The notes under the pieces: generated by a model
Database searches by the model: none
Told to the model about the DNA's origin: nothing
What the model saw: only the letters and a program-made list of their open reading frames with translations
Position numbers and translations under genes: made by a program
Assembly: GCA_013265495.1 (NCBI GenBank)
Contig: MU058636.1
Location: 3,335,967 to 3,399,966 of the forward strand
Source of the DNA: Vicugna vicugna
Lineage: Eukaryota
Direction of reading: 5' to 3'
DNA length: 64,000 nt
Part shown: positions 24,668-38,879 of the stretch, one piece after another
How positions within the stretch are numbered: the stretch's first letter is position 1
Layout: each line of letters opens with the position of its first letter

Positions 24668-25869
24668 CTGAAGAGGAAAAAGTAAAAAGGTTCTCAAGAT
24701 GACAAGGAATTTGTCGGAAAGGACTTGGTACAAACCTGGTGCTGATTTTTTTTCCCCCTACAAAAGGGGTGGGTAGAGTTGAGACACTGTCCCCGTCTTC
24801 CTAGCCTGCCGTCCCCCAAAAAGACAGACAATTTCAGGTCACAGGTTTCCCTGCATCAGGCGGCCACTGAGTCTCTCTAGTGAGTGTCTGTAAGTCAGGA
24901 CATTTTCTCTCCACCTCCTGAGTTTTCCCTGGTGCCAGAGACTCTGCAGATCCAAATGTGATTGGCAAACTGTGCTGACATCACAAGAGAGCAAAATGTA
25001 GGGCTGCCCGTCCTTCCTGGGCTGATTTCAAACCACTGCTCCAACAAGAGCCAGCCCAGAGTTTCTGTCCCCCTAGATTAGACTGTCTAACTGATTTCCT
25101 TAAACAACACAGGGATAGATATTATGTAAGTTGTTCTGAGATCTTTTTTCTCGCCATCACCTTTTCAGGACCGATTTTACTCCTGCGGTAGGTACACAGC
25201 AGAAGGCTGGCGGGTTTGTGAGACTCTTCAATGCTGTGTCATCATCCATCAAAGTGTCCAGATAAATCACTTAACAGGGAGGCAGGAGAGACACTGCTCA
25301 GTTGGCCCTGTAACCATCCAGCTGAGAAAGTCTTCACCCCCTCACTCCCTTCTGTCTTGGACAGAATCGTGTGGTTTACATTTGCCAGAAATAGATGTGC
25401 AAATATTTTCTCTTGGCTGCACTTCCTTCTCTCTATTGTCGTATCAATAATTATGAAAAGACGAATACAGGAAAAGAGCAGCATCACTTTTTATCATCAT
25501 CACTGCTCCCCCTGCACCTACCGCAGACCCGCCTCCAGGCCCAGAGGCCCCTTCCCCTCCCCCACCAACGGCACAAGCAGGCATTATTCATCCGCTTTTA
25601 CAGCTCCGTAAACTAAACTGCAGGAAGTTAAATAACTTGTCTGGGCTCATACTTCTGGTATGAAGTGGAGCCTGGCTTCCAGCCGAGCTGTTGGCCTGCG
25701 AGCCCCGCTCTCTCCCCACCCTCGGCAGGGGCTCGGGCTGACCCAGCGTTTCCCGGGACTGTCCCTCTAGCACATTACTCTTCTCTCTGCACGAACCTCC
25801 TGCCACCTCTTTCCAAGTGGTTACTTTTCATCGTGACCGCCCAACAATGACTTAGAGAAAAATTCCAAA

Positions 25870-27110
25870 CCTGGGGTGTCCCTCCCTCTGACAACTGTTT
25901 TCAGTTTGTGTGCTTCCCACGAGGACTTGCCGAGGGTATTGCTCTAAATGCTAAAACTGCACATCCTTCTTTTGCTCTTAACATTATATCCTGACTCTAT
26001 TCCCATGTTTCTGCATAATCATTGTAATTGCTAATTTAACAGCTGCATAATATTCCATCAAGTTGATATTCCCCAGTTTCTTAAACCAGTTCTCCGCTGA
26101 GTCGTTGATAAGGTTTCCCTACTATGAGTAATGTTACAATAAACTTCTTTCGACTGTATGCCCTTTTTCCTTTCAGTGGGATTTTTCTTTAGGCTAAACT
26201 CCCAAAAGTATAATTACCAGACCGAAGGGTTTGAATCTTTTACGTGGGGCCATCTCTCTTACACCCTGCACACATACACACGAGCCCCCACCTTCCTTCC
26301 TCAGCTTCCAAGCAGGATGCGGAGGGACAGGCTCCACTCAGGCTTCGCTTCCCTCACACCAGCCTGGGTGCTGGGCTAGCGTGGTGCTTGCTCACACTCA
26401 GAGCTGCTGCCAATTTCTGAACGGAAGCTACATTTCTCCAAAACTCCTTGTGTTGCCCATTCACATACCAGGCCAGAAAGATGAAAAATAATTACCCAGT
26501 GCTGGCAAGGGTCTGAAGAATTAGACACACTAGTAAGCTTCACGGAGTATAAAGCAGAAGACCTCTCTGGAAACAATTTGGTGATACACAGAAAAAGCTC
26601 GAAAAGTGTATTTTTAAAAAATTTAGAAATTTAGAAAAATGGCTTTAAGCCAATCATTCTACTTTAGTAATTTAATCCTAAAGGGGGAAAGTCAAGGAGA
26701 GATACAAATATTTACCTACAAACGTATGCATTATAGTATTTCTTATAAGAGCAAGAATAAACAAATTTTTATCCAACAAAAAGAGTTAGCTTGAAAAATT
26801 GTAACATCTGTATAATGGAGTGCTATACTGCCATTTAAGATTATAATTGTAGACGACATTATATGTTAATGACATACACACAGGTTCATAATATATTTAA
26901 TGGAAAAACAAGTCAAAAAATAGCACTTATTATATACTATCTATTTGTGTGAAATACATAGAGAGACAGAAATATTCATAGAAGTGCTCCAGTTATTAAT
27001 AGCATTTATTTCTGCACAGTGGAATTATCAGTATTTAATGGTCTTGCTTTTTTATTTTTTTATACCACAGATATCATTGCTTTTGCAATAAGACATAAAC
27101 AATTAAACTT
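25870..27110. mobile_element. L1ME-like fragments (minus ~25870-26235; plus ~26470-27110)
   Basis: aacagctgcataatattccatc; ccagtgctggcaagggtctg...ctggaaacaatttggtgata...taatggagtgctatactgccatt. Confidence 0.65.
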
Positions 27111-27406
27111 TATTTGTTAAAATTTATACCCATTTCTAAAGCCTACATGTGCACAGAATGCTTCCCATACTCTATGCAGGTGGGACGGGACAGAAAGAAC
27201 CCTCAGCCTCATCCTGTAGAGTCTACGTGTGCTTCCTGGTCCATACCTCCAACCAACCAGCGATAGCACAGGTCTAACAGTGACAGCCAAGGAAGTGAGG
27301 ATGCCTCCACCCCTATAATCGGGGACCTGGACATCTGTCTGTGCAGATGTAAGGAGGGACTCCCTGAGAGTAAGGGTAGCAGGGCATAAATACTGTCTCC
27401 CCTCTC

Positions 27407-27944
27407 TGTATTAATTATCTACCACTGCGTAACAAATTGCCCCCAGACTCAGTAGCTTAAAACAACAGACATTTATGTTCTCTCATAGTTTCTGAGGACC
27501 AGGAATCTGGCAGTGATCTCACTGAGGGGTTCGGACTCAGGCCTCTCATGAGATTATAGTCAAGCCAGGACTGCAGCCATCTGAAGGCTCAACTGGGGCT
27601 GGAGGAACCACTCCCCAGGGCACTCAGCAGTTGTCAGTAACTTCAGTTCCTCACTAGCTGTTGGCTAGTGGCTTCAGTTCCCTGCCTCATGCACCTCTCC
27701 ATACACTGTGTCCCTGTAACATGACAGCTGGCTTCCTGCACAAGTGATTCAAGAAAGAGAGAGAGAGAAAGCACTCAATGTGGAAGCTGTAGTGTCTTTT
27801 AAAATCTAATTGTGGAAATAAACACCAATCGTATCCAATCGGTCACAAAGACCAACTCCCATACAGTGTTGGGGGGGGCTGTGCAGGAGTGTGAACCCCA
27901 GGAGGCAGGGAGCATGAAGGATCCTGCTGCAGGCTGCTCACCAC
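27407..27944 (-). mobile_element. MaLR LTR (MLT1F-like)
   Basis: tgtattaattatctaccactgcgtaacaaattgcccc...ttaaaacaacagacatttat...gctgctcaccaca. Confidence 0.85.
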
Positions 27945-29339
27945 AGTCCCCAGCCAAAGTACTGCATCGCTGAAGCCCCCTCAGCAAGAGAACGGGGGGC
28001 CCAGGAACTTGAAGCCTCCCAAAAGAAGGGGAGCTTGGGGGCCACGGTTAAAAGCGAGTCTACAAAGGCTCTAATAAGTCATTTTTACTTTGACTGAAAT
28101 AAAACAGCAGACAATACAGTATATAAAGAGCTTATCAAGGACACATTAAATTAGAAGTAGTGGGTACTGCACAATTTCCATTTTATGATGCTTTGCTTAC
28201 TAGAAACTTTTTCAGGTTTCCTTGCCAACAATTTTCAGAAGATTCTTATAATTGATTTTGGTTAGTTAGATGCAGATACTATGTACACCAAGGAGGCTTT
28301 TTCTGCCTGGCCCTTTGTGCAACACGAGTGCCTCTTTCATTGATTTGCTCTGAGTCTTGCTCAGGATATAATCCTAAAGGCACAACTTTAGCCAAATGTG
28401 GTTTACTAGTCAGGTACCTGGGGGTGAGAATGATTGCAGTCCCTCAAGGCCTAGCGTCGGGTTATCACCCGCACCTACTTCATCCCAAAGTCAGAGCAGG
28501 AGGCCTCTCGATTCCCTGCGCTCCTGGGAAGGCTGTGCCCTTGGCCCGCACGGCTCCCCGCACCTGCCCTGAGCCTGCACCACATCAGCCTCTACTGCCA
28601 GGTCTTCCTCTTCACCTCCTTCACCTCCTAGCTTCCAACTCACTTTTTAAATTATTGCCAATAAGAATGACTGACAATCTCCTTATACTGTCCCCTGAAT
28701 TCTGGAAGGCAATCAGAGGTATAAAGTGAAGTGAAAAGTGGAATTTTAGAAAGAATTAGTGTGGCTTTTATTGTTTTCTAGTGACTTGACTGTAAGATTG
28801 CTTTGTATCCTTGGGGCTTACAGCAGAGTATTTATGAAACTTGTTAATAAATAATGAATGAATGAAGAGTTAGAGAAGGATAAAGTTAAGCCAACTAACC
28901 ATGTTTGGCAAAATAAAAAGTTGACAACTCTGTGATGTCCTTCCAACCCCTACCCTATTAAAAATATATATATTCTGGCCTGTGAAATCGTGCAGGCCTC
29001 ACAGCTGAGGCCAATCATGCCATCATATTGTTTGTATTGTTAGTACCATGACTTTTCTCCTGCCTCTTGGGGTCAGAAGACAAAGTAATGCATATTGACT
29101 CTAAGATGGCTTCATTATCAGGATAGCATTAGGAGGCCTGAGCCAAGTAACAAGAGATAGAGAAGAATCTTATGGATGAGACACAGGATGTACTCAGAAG
29201 TAGAAGAAGGGTTGTATTGTGGGGAAAGTTTACCTGCTTACAGATTTGACATAGATTAGGGTAGGTCCAAGGGGCCCAATAGTGGGCTCTCCTATCCCGG
29301 TAAATATGGTAACGTCTAGCTAGCCATGCTTAAACACTG

Positions 29340-29670
29340 TATTGGTCAGGGCTCTGCCAGTGGCCAAGTGACAAAAGCTGAACTCAAACTAGCTTAGATA
29401 AGGGAGGCAGGGACTCAGAGGCAAGGATCTGAATTCCATCAGAATGCTTTCTCCTCATCCTTGTCTCTGCTTTTCTGTGTGTGAATTTCATTCTCTCCTC
29501 CTACAGAGAGCTTTCTTCACCAGCAGTGGACAAAGGAGCCCACCTCACTGGGTTCACAGTCAAATGACTCTGTGACCAGAGAAAGAAGGGTTCTTCCGCT
29601 AGGCTCAGCTCAGAATATCCTAGTTTGGGACTTTGTTGGGTGACAAGTCCATCTCTGCCCCGGTCACCAG
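29340..29670 (-). mobile_element. MLT1K-like LTR fragment
   Basis: caagtgacaaaagctgaactcaaactagctta...tctctgcttttctgtgtgt. Confidence 0.55.
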
Positions 29671-29679
29671 AGCCAAGAG

Positions 29680-30385
29680 GCCAGCTGTGTTTCCTAAGAC
29701 TCTGTAAGTTTCAATTTCCTCATCTGTGAAATAGGGATAACATTAACACCAACCACAAATGGTTGTTGTGAAGATTAAAATAATTTAAATGAGCTAATGC
29801 ATAGAAAGTACTAAATTCCATGTGAGGCACATAATAAATGGTCAAAAAGTCTATTGTCTGTTTTGGTCTATTTATTATTAATGCTTTGTGGTCTGCTCAC
29901 TATGGAGGCCAAACCACAGTATCTGGTCCTCTCCTTGTTACCCAAATGGTACAACCTTCTGCTCTTGTCAATTCTCCCCTATTCCTATAGCCAGACTGGA
30001 GTCATGTTGCATAATGTACATAAGATACTATAAAATGTAGGAAGGTGTGAGAGGGTCAACAAAAGTCAAAGCCAGAATCATGCAAGTTAGGGCTGAAAAG
30101 AACTATTCGATGTGTCAGGCAATAAAACTTGCACCTTTACTTGACTAGATAGAGGCAGAAAATACAAATCAGTGCCTAAGCACATACTATCATGAAATGA
30201 AGGCAGACTGGATCTGCAGGCTGGCAAGCTAGTCTTGGCTATGGTTGATTCGCTCTAAGGCCTCTGTTTCCTCCTTCTGTGAAATGGGGATAATGATCTT
30301 CCCTGTCTACTCCCACACTGGGGTGTGGTGAGACTTAATGAGGCACTTTTGGTAAAACACTTTGAGCTTAGCTAATGAAAGGCTC
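29680..30385 (+). mobile_element. Two MIR SINEs (~29680-29880 and ~30200-30385)
   Basis: caatttcctcatctgtgaaatagggataa; ctctgtttcctccttctgtgaaatggggataat. Confidence 0.75.
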
Positions 30386-30861
30386 TGGGCAGTCACTCAA
30401 CGCTGTAACACGGACCCTTCCCAGTCACGTGCGTTTGGAGTAGAGGTTGGTTGGCACGACTTCAGAGAACTAAGAAACACAGATATACTAAACAGTCTTC
30501 TTAAAAATGGAGAGTAAATCAAAACAGAAAGTTTGGCCCAGTTGCAGCCTTGCCCTAGTGTGACCTCATGCCCAGTCGTGCTGACATCCCTCTTCTCCGA
30601 GATCACCTGGGCTGACCATCTACCTGTGCCTCATTTTACCTTAACTCTTCTATTTACTCCTCAAGTCAAGCATCGTTCATTCCACTGAGGTGTCATCCTT
30701 TCCTCACCACAGATTGAGAGTTACAGTTAGACAATGTGAATTTTGGATGAAACTACCATTGTGTTAACAATATACGAGTTATCTCAGTAAAACTGGGGGG
30801 AAACTCTCAATATTAAGGAATGATAACCGTATGCTGTAGAGCTGCAAACTGAAAACCAGTT

Positions 30862-31426
30862 ATTTTAATTGAAGTCTAGCTGATTTACAATATTGTTAGC
30901 TTCAGGTGCACAGCATGGTGATCCAGTATTTTTGCAGATTATATTCCACTATAGGTCATTACAAGATAATGGGTGTTAACTCCCTGTGCTATACAGTATA
31001 CCCTTGTTGCTTATCTATTTTCTATATAGTAGTTTGTATCTATTAATGCCATACGCCTAATCTGTCCCTCCCTCTTCCCTCTCCTTTGGTAACCACTAGT
31101 TTGTTTTCTGTATCTATCTGTGAGTTTGTTTCTGCTTTGCATATACATTCATTTGTATTATTTTTTTTGATTCCACAAGTGATATATAGTATTTGTCTTT
31201 CTCTGACTTATTTCCCTAAGCATAATATTCTCTAGTTCCATTCATGTTGCTGCAAATGATATTAATTCATTATTTTTATGGCTGAGTAATATTCCATTGT
31301 GTATATATATCAAATCTTAATATAATCATTTGCTGATGGACATTTGGTGGCTTCCGTGTCTTGGTTATTGTAAATCGTGCTGCTATGAACATTGGGGTGC
31401 ATGTATCTTTTCAAATTAGTGTTTTA
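30862..31426 (-). mobile_element. 5'-truncated artiodactyl-type L1 3' end with an approximately 11-bp TSD
   Basis: ttaattgaagtctagctgatttacaat...gcagattatattccactatagg...ggggtgcatgtatcttttcaaatt; gaaaaccagtt (30851) / gaaaaacagtt (31427). Confidence 0.9.
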
Positions 31427-31487
31427 GAAAAACAGTTTTTCAATAATATACTGAAATAACAATCAACCCATTAAAAAGTCATTAACC

Positions 31488-31913
31488 CAGTGGTATGCCA
31501 GAGCCAGCTGATACTGGCTTGTGAGAACTGACTTAAATTTTTAGGAATTTTTTTGAGCCAGTTGTTAAATATGGTTGTTTTTAAAACTAAACTATATAAG
31601 TTAACAATTTAAAAAATTACATTGAAATCAAAGCTAATACATTCTCAAAACTTACCACTCAATAGTAATTTTACAACTATATATTCTCTTGGGGTTACTG
31701 ATAGCTAGTGTTTCTGTCGATTGTATCTCTGTGGTGGAAGCACTACATATTGCTGTGGTACTCTGCGTTTCTTCCCATCTGCAGGTTCAGTGATGTCCTC
31801 TTGGTAGCTTGAAACAGCCACAGTAGAATTTATACCACACAAACTGCGCCACTACAAATCAGGGCTACCCCTGCCCCCGAGCGCCACTTGTCAAACATTC
31901 ACCAACACACCTT
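31488..31913. mobile_element. MER63-like hAT-Blackjack element
   Basis: cagtggtatgccagagccagct...ttggtagcttgaaacagcc...caaacattcaccaacacacc. Confidence 0.75.
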
Positions 31914-31919
31914 GTCTAG

Positions 31920-33715
31920 ACCCATAAGGATACGAGAACAGGAATGGGGACAACTGCAGACCAAAAATGTCAACAATATTTTGTATACTGGAAAAACAAG
32001 TGAATGAGAGGTAATTAATTGAAAGGAGGAGATACAGCCCAAACCTGAGCCCGCAGGGAGGGAAGCCTGGGAGAAGCAAAGCAGCTTGCACAGAACCTTA
32101 GAAAGAAACAGAAATCATTTCCCTTGGTGCAGAGCATGGGTGCAGGTGTGCTGGAAACAAATGGATCAAAAACTGGTGCAAAGAGCTAGGAGATGCCCCA
32201 CACCTGTGCAACCGGCCCTGCCCCTGCCCAGCCCTGGGAGAAAAGGTTGAATCAGAGATCCCCAGAACAGCAGGCACAACTGGGAGCCGGCACGTGATCC
32301 ACTATGAAATGGGATTAAATGACCGTCTGCACTTTGGACTGTAACACCCCACACTCTCCTCCCCGCTCTTGGCTCCTAGAATGCTGGCAGTGAGGCTTAT
32401 ACCCCACAGGCAGAAGATCAGATGACTCATCTCCAGGGAAGCTGACGAGTACAAGAGAAAAGACTTCCAGAGACTGACCTGGCAGGATCCCCCAGTGAAC
32501 CACCCAGATCACAGCAGAATCACCAGCACAGAGCCCGCTGGCCAATAGGTCTTGCTCAGGCACACATCACCTTCGTGTGAGCGGGAGATCACCAGACACT
32601 GGAGGGAAGCCGCTAATACAAAGAAAAAGCGTTTCAAAGTCGAGTTCCATACCCAGACAAGCTATCAAGTGCAGCAGTAGAATAAAGACACTTACAAGGT
32701 TCCCAAACATTTACCTCCCATGAACCCTTTCTCAGGAATCTACTGGAGGATGTGCTCCAGCAAAACAAAAAATTACCCAAGAAAGGCCATGGGAGCTCCA
32801 GGAAATAGGATCCCACATAGGAGAGGAGAGAGAATTCCCAGGATGACGCTGAAGGGAAGCTCTGAGAAGATCACTGCAGTGGGCCAAGAAGGAACCAGCC
32901 CTGAGTCTGCGGCAGGAAGACAGATCCAGGAAGATGTGCCCACAGGGAGGAAAACGCGACTGAGAGGTTACCAATGCATTCATCACGTTGAGGAGAGTCA
33001 GGGGATGAATTACTCATAAACACCCCCCAAAACTACACAATTAAATAGACAAGGCAATTATTAACATGGATGGGGAGAGATAGACAAGAATAGAAATGTA
33101 ATTACAGTACACTGTGTACATAATCAAAACAATGCAAATACTGATCAGTGATTTAATCAGAAATTGTGATGACCCCAAATGTGTAATACTCTAACATGCA
33201 CAGATTTCCCCCATTTTAACATCTTGAAAATCAGACTGCATCTTGCAGCCAATGTGATAAGAAAGTATTGTTTCATAGTTTAACTGGGAGCACTTTGTTC
33301 TTTTGTAGTGTCTCATAATAATGGTACATCTTAATGATGGGTGGCACGTGAGATGGGAGGAGAGAGGAGCTCTGTGGGGAAGTGAGGGAGAGGTGGGAAC
33401 ATCTGTGTCTGCGAGGGGGGAGGGAAGCTAAACCTCATCTTTCACAGCAATAAGTCAGTAGATGACTTCTGAAATTAACAAAGATGCAGCTCTATAAACA
33501 TGTTATTTAGAATGATTGCTGCAAATACCAGGAGCACAACTAAAATCATAGCCCGTGGTGGGCTCTGGGGAGCAGTAACTGGAGGTAAGAATGGGTGGGG
33601 CAGAAGGCACTGGGTTGTGATTGCTTTATAAACCTCATAAACACATGAATTTTTAAACTATATACATATATATGAAGTAAAAGTAATATGTATAGAAATA
33701 ATAATAAAATGCAGT
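31920..33715 (+). mobile_element. HAL1/old L1 remnant with a nested Tigger-type MITE (~33180-33345)
   Basis: HAL1 signature tttacctcccatgaaccctttctcaggaatctactggaggatgtgctcca; ttttaacatcttgaaaatcagactgcatctt. Confidence 0.7.
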
Positions 33716-36245
33716 GCTCTATTTCAAGCCTCACCAGAAGAGAAGATTTCAGGTTGGGAGAGTGAAAAGAGAACCTTATGGTCTCCTCTTTCAGGACAAG
33801 GAGTCTCATCTGTCCCCGCCCGCCACCCGGGCTGGTTTCAGGAAGGGAGGCTCCTAGAGGAACGTACATCGCCTCACATGCCACGTCTTGCCTCCCATCT
33901 CAGGAAACTCGGCTGCCTGATTTTTCACTCTCAGGAGACGAGACAGCCAGTCTTCAGGGAAAGTGGAAACCACAGCACATAGGACACATTTGTTCAAATG
34001 CTCGTGTTCCCCAGAGCCCTTGAGAATAAGAAAGGAAGCTGGCGGTTTGGCAGGTGTGGAGGCCCCTCCCAGCAGACATCTGCCAGTGGTTCTGGAAGCC
34101 CAGACCCCTCCTCTTTACAGGAAGAGCCCTAGATTCCTGATGAGATGAGGCGCCGTTCCGCCAGCGTGTTCCAGCTACACGTCATCCTGCAAGGAGAGGG
34201 TGAGAAAACCAGAGCGATTCCTCCTGGTAGAGCAGGAGCTGCCTGCTCCTGGGATGTCAGACCTACGCAAGAGGTCCGGCAGGCCAGGAGGCACCCTGCC
34301 ATTCCCCAGGACATCCGGCACTGCCTGACTCTGCATGGGGGGAGCAAACATCTGCAATTCTGCCAGTGAACTGGGCGAGGCCACACAGTGATGCTGGTAG
34401 AGTCTAGAATAAGCACTTAGGGGGTTCCAGGAGATAGGAGAGGCGATCAGGACCAGCAGAGCAGCTCTTATCCCCAGCCCACCCAACACTCAGCCGCTGC
34501 GAACCGCCACAGTCACAACACGTGTTCATGTGGAAACACTTCACAGCTGCAGCTCAGAACCCTCCCCAGGGCCCCCCACACCTCCCACCATCCTGCAGCC
34601 AAAGGGGGAGCACATGGCCCAGCAGGGGGCCTCCAGGAGCTGGCGCAGAGGCCCCGCCGGGACAGCTCTGATTGGCCAAGCTTGCTTGTTAAATATTTTA
34701 AATATCACTGTCTGCAACTAGATCTATCAGTGAGAGGCCCGGGAGCTGGCTCCCTGCAGAAAGCCCTCCACCTTCCTCTCTGCACCTCCTCTCGCCCTGG
34801 CCCCGCATCCGGTGGGTGAGAACGCCAGGGAGCGTCTTCTGTAGTAAAAATGTCTTTCTTTCTATGCAAGCTGACAAGCCCTTTTCTCATTCCTGGGGGG
34901 CCTGATGCTCCAGACTCCCAGGAAATGCTCCTCTGGCCTCTTCCTTCTGCTTCCCTAACTGGTTTATCCTGATGAAATTAGGTTAAAATGGCCAGGGAGA
35001 GCATCCTCAGAGGGGAAAATAGAGTTAGTAGAAGCGAATGTGCAGCCTCAGGGGCTGGTGCCAACTAGAGGAACGGCAGGGCCTGGGTGGTGTGCACAGC
35101 CCAGGGCCCTGCTGATACCCGCAAGTGCTTGTCCTGGCTGCCAGGGCCTCTCTCCCCTTCAACCCCTGCTCTCAGCTGCCCCTGTTTCCAGCCTGCAGGA
35201 GCGGCCCCCCACCCCCAGCCTGTGGAGGGCGAGGTCACAGACCTGAGGGTTTCCCTAAGGATACTCCTGGCTCCTCTTATGCAACTCTGGGGAGGGGCCT
35301 GCTCTTTCTCCAAAGTGGGAACTGTAAGGGCTCTCTCACCCTTGGGTGGAGCAGGCTGGGGTCTCCCAGCAGAGCCAGGGACAGGCCCCAGTGCTCCTGG
35401 CTCAGGGAGGGCCCTACCTGAGGGCACCCCACAAATGCCCTCATGGATGTGCACTCTGATCTGAGGACCAGTTCAGTCTGTCTCCTCTGTCTCTGTGTAA
35501 ATGTTCTCAGTCCGCCAAAATTATAACACTTGGGACAATTTAGCAAATGGTCTTTTCGGTTTTGTTGTTATTTTACTTGTTTGGCTTTCTGTTTGTTTTT
35601 CTGTGAAATCCAAGGCAGGCAGCAGAGTGGGCAGGGTCCACCCACCAAGGACTTAGGAGACCAGCGTAAATCCTGATCTCCCTGACCAAGACCTTCTCTT
35701 CCTGAAATGCCCGCCCCTAATGGTTGCGGTGAGCAGTAAATTTAACAGGCTCCATTTGTAAAATGCCTTAAAAAGTATAAAGGAACCATGTGAGTTTCAG
35801 GGATACTGGTTTTCTCTTCTCTTCTAGCAAACTCGTGAATGTGTGTAGGGAATACTCACGCGGTGAAGTCAGGGCAACACACAGCCTACTTCTGCTCGCT
35901 CAGCCTGACTTCTCCCGGCCCACACCCCACCCGCCGTCCTCCCCTCCCTGGTACCCTGTGCCGCTCTGCTCCCACTGACTGCTCGGGACAGGGCCTCTCC
36001 TCTGCCACGGTGGGCTTCAGGGTGTCAAGGATGCCCACGGTCCTGCTACAGCACCGCAGATTCAGGACCAGCTGGGGTGGGTGACCAGATAGCCAGAGTG
36101 ATGTAGCTCTGGAATAGAGCAGCTGGTTCAAGGGGCCATAGTATAAGTCTTCAGATGCATGCGTTGTAGGGAAAAGGTGAAGGCGTTCTATACAGCTTTG
36201 AGAGGTAGAACCAAGTAGGCTCGGTGCTAGGATTTAAGAGGTCAG

Positions 36246-37245
36246 GTTTTTTTTCCTAACTATCTTAACCATTTTAAAGCATGCAATTCAGTTTTGCTAA
36301 GTACATTCACATTGTTGTACAGCAGATCTCTAGAACTTTTTCATCTTGCAAAACTGAAACTGAATATCCATTAAACATAAATTCCCACTCCCCCAAGCCC
36401 TTGGCAACCACTTTTCTACTTTGTCTCTATGATGTTCACTATTTTACATACTTTATGTGAGTGGAATCATATAGTATCTGTTCTGTCATGACTGACCTAT
36501 TTCACTTAGGAGAGTGTGCTGAAAGTTCAATCATACTGTAGCATGTGACAGGATTTTCTTCCTTTTTAAGGCTGCATAATAATTCATTGTATATACAGAC
36601 CACATGTATCTATTCATCTTAGTTGCTTCCACCTGTTGGTTATTGTGCATAATGGATAAATATGGATTTGCAATTTATCTCTTCAAAAACCTGCTTTGAA
36701 TTATTTTGGTATATGCCCAGGAGTGGGACTGCTGGATCATATGGTAGTCAAATTTTCAATGTTTTGAGGAATCTCCATATTGTTTCCCACAGTGGCTGCA
36801 ACATTTTACATTCTCACCAACAGTGCACAAGAGTTCCAATTTGTCCACATCCTCACCAACACTTGTTATTTTCTTATCTTTTGATAGTGAGCATACTAGT
36901 GGATGTGAGGTGATATCTCACTGTGGTTTTGATTCGCATTTATCTGATATTAGTGATGTTGAGCATCTTTTCACATGTTTGTTGGCCATTTTTATATCAT
37001 CTTTGGAGAACTTTCTATTCAAGTATTTTGCCCATTTTTAAATCATGTTATTTGTTCTTTGTTGTTTTTGTTGACTTGTAGAAGTTCCTTATATATTCTA
37101 GGTATTAATCCATTATTAGATACATGATTTGCAAATATTCCTTCCCATTCTGTGGGTTGCCTTAACACTCTGTTATTTCCTTTGATGAACAGAAGTTTTT
37201 AAGTTTAACATAATCCCATTTGTCTATTTTTGCTTTTGTTGCCTG
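36246..37245 (-). mobile_element. L1 (L1MA/MB-like) ORF2 end and 3'UTR
   Basis: cagatctctagaactttttcatcttgcaaaactgaaac...cccaggagtgggactgctggatcatatgg...atttgcaaatatt. Confidence 0.92.
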
Positions 37246-37254
37246 AAGGCACAT

Positions 37255-37810
37255 CTCTAAAGAAGTTTATAAAGTGATAATGTACAGGGTAGAAAAATTT
37301 CAAAAGAAAAAAAAGAAAAAATACACACACATAAATATCTATATGTCAACCTATACATATATTCATAAACTAAAATACGCATAAAATTTTCCCTTCTACC
37401 CAACACCCAATCTCACAGTTTCCTTTCCCAGAGGCAACCGCAGTTGCCAGTATCTTTCCAGAGAAAACCTAAACACATAGCCATGTGTATCCTTCCTTTC
37501 ACTTACATAAATGTCATATGTACTATTGAGCCAATCTCTTTTTCTCACTAGTCAACATAACCAGGGGCAGAAGAAGCAAGGTAAAGACTTTTCCCTGTCA
37601 GTGCAAGAGAATGGTTGAATTAACAGCAGCCTGATACTCCATAGAAGAGATATTCCATAATTTGTTTAATCAGTCCCCAGCCATTTGCTGCGATAAATAT
37701 CTTCGCACACATGTCTTTAAGCCCATGGGGGCTATATCTATGGGAAAAAAATATTAAAAGTAGAAGTGCTGGTCAAAGGTCTGTGCATTTTAAACTTTGA
37801 CAGATACAGC
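37255..37810 (-). mobile_element. L1ME-like 3' fragment
   Basis: ccagaggcaacc...gtatctttccagag; agtagaagtgctggtcaaagg. Confidence 0.6.
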
Positions 37811-38439
37811 CACGTAGTGGGTAAATTTTATCCCAAAGTAAGGCAGAATTTTAGCAACCAAAACTGCCCAAAGTGGTGTGGACTACTATAGGAGCTATGA
37901 GGTGTTTTAAGGAAATCAAGACCAGGTTACAAATCAACGTGCCGAGAATGCTACTGGATGTGTTCACACGTGGTAAGCTCATTGAACACAAAGTCCCTTC
38001 CAGCCCTGATACTGTAGCTTTCTGATAAAAGGAATATCCAGAGAGACTTCACATACTTTGGTCGAATATTGTTCAGTGATAAAGCACCTTCACGGACCTC
38101 GCTGAGAGGTCCATGAAGGATGCCCGTTAATACGACGGGCCCTGGGGTGACGCAATGCTCTAAATTAAGGACATGCTGTGCTTGCACCACGTGGCCCTGG
38201 GCAGATGGTTAGAAAGGGTACCTGGAGGCCCATCTGGTCCTCTCTGTCCATCGTCATTCACCTTGCGCACACCCCAGCTCCACATGTGGAAAAGTGCTCT
38301 GTAGCAGATGTGGCCAAACCAGGGGGGGCTGTTTCTGTGAAGCCCCTGGTCAGGTCCTCAGCAGCAGGGCCGTGACATGGTGCGCCATAATCTGATGTGA
38401 GGAGTGTGCTCATTGCTCTTGCTAATTAAAGAACCCAGG

Positions 38440-38850
38440 CTTCCGGGGTTGGAAGGAAACTTCCGTGCCTCGCACCAGCTCATTTAATTTCTAGCCGTTG
38501 ATTTTTTTTTTTTTGAAAGATCTTTCTTATATCTACTGAACTGAGCTGAAATCTGTTCCTCTTTAAAGTCTATATTGGTTTTAGCTCTTCCTTTCAGAGC
38601 CATTACACACAGAGTTCTCCCTCTCCCCACCCGCCCTTCAGACACCTGGGAATAGTCATCAGATGCCCGCTCAGTCTTCTCCTCTTCAGGTTCAGTCTCC
38701 TCAATTCTTTACCCATTTCTTACGTGTCATACTTTCCAGATGTTCATCACCTTAGTCACTCTTTTTGAACACCTCCCAGGCAGTTGAAGGCCTCTGAAAA
38801 TGTGCTGCCCTGAACTGAGCCTTGTCTTTTTGTGGTCTTTTTGACAGTGG
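38440..38850 (-). mobile_element. CR1/L3 3' region
   Basis: tgagctgaaatctgttcct...cagtcttctcctcttcagg...gctgccctgaactga. Confidence 0.7.
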
Positions 38851-38879
38851 AGTCTAAAACTGGCATGCCAGAGATCTCT

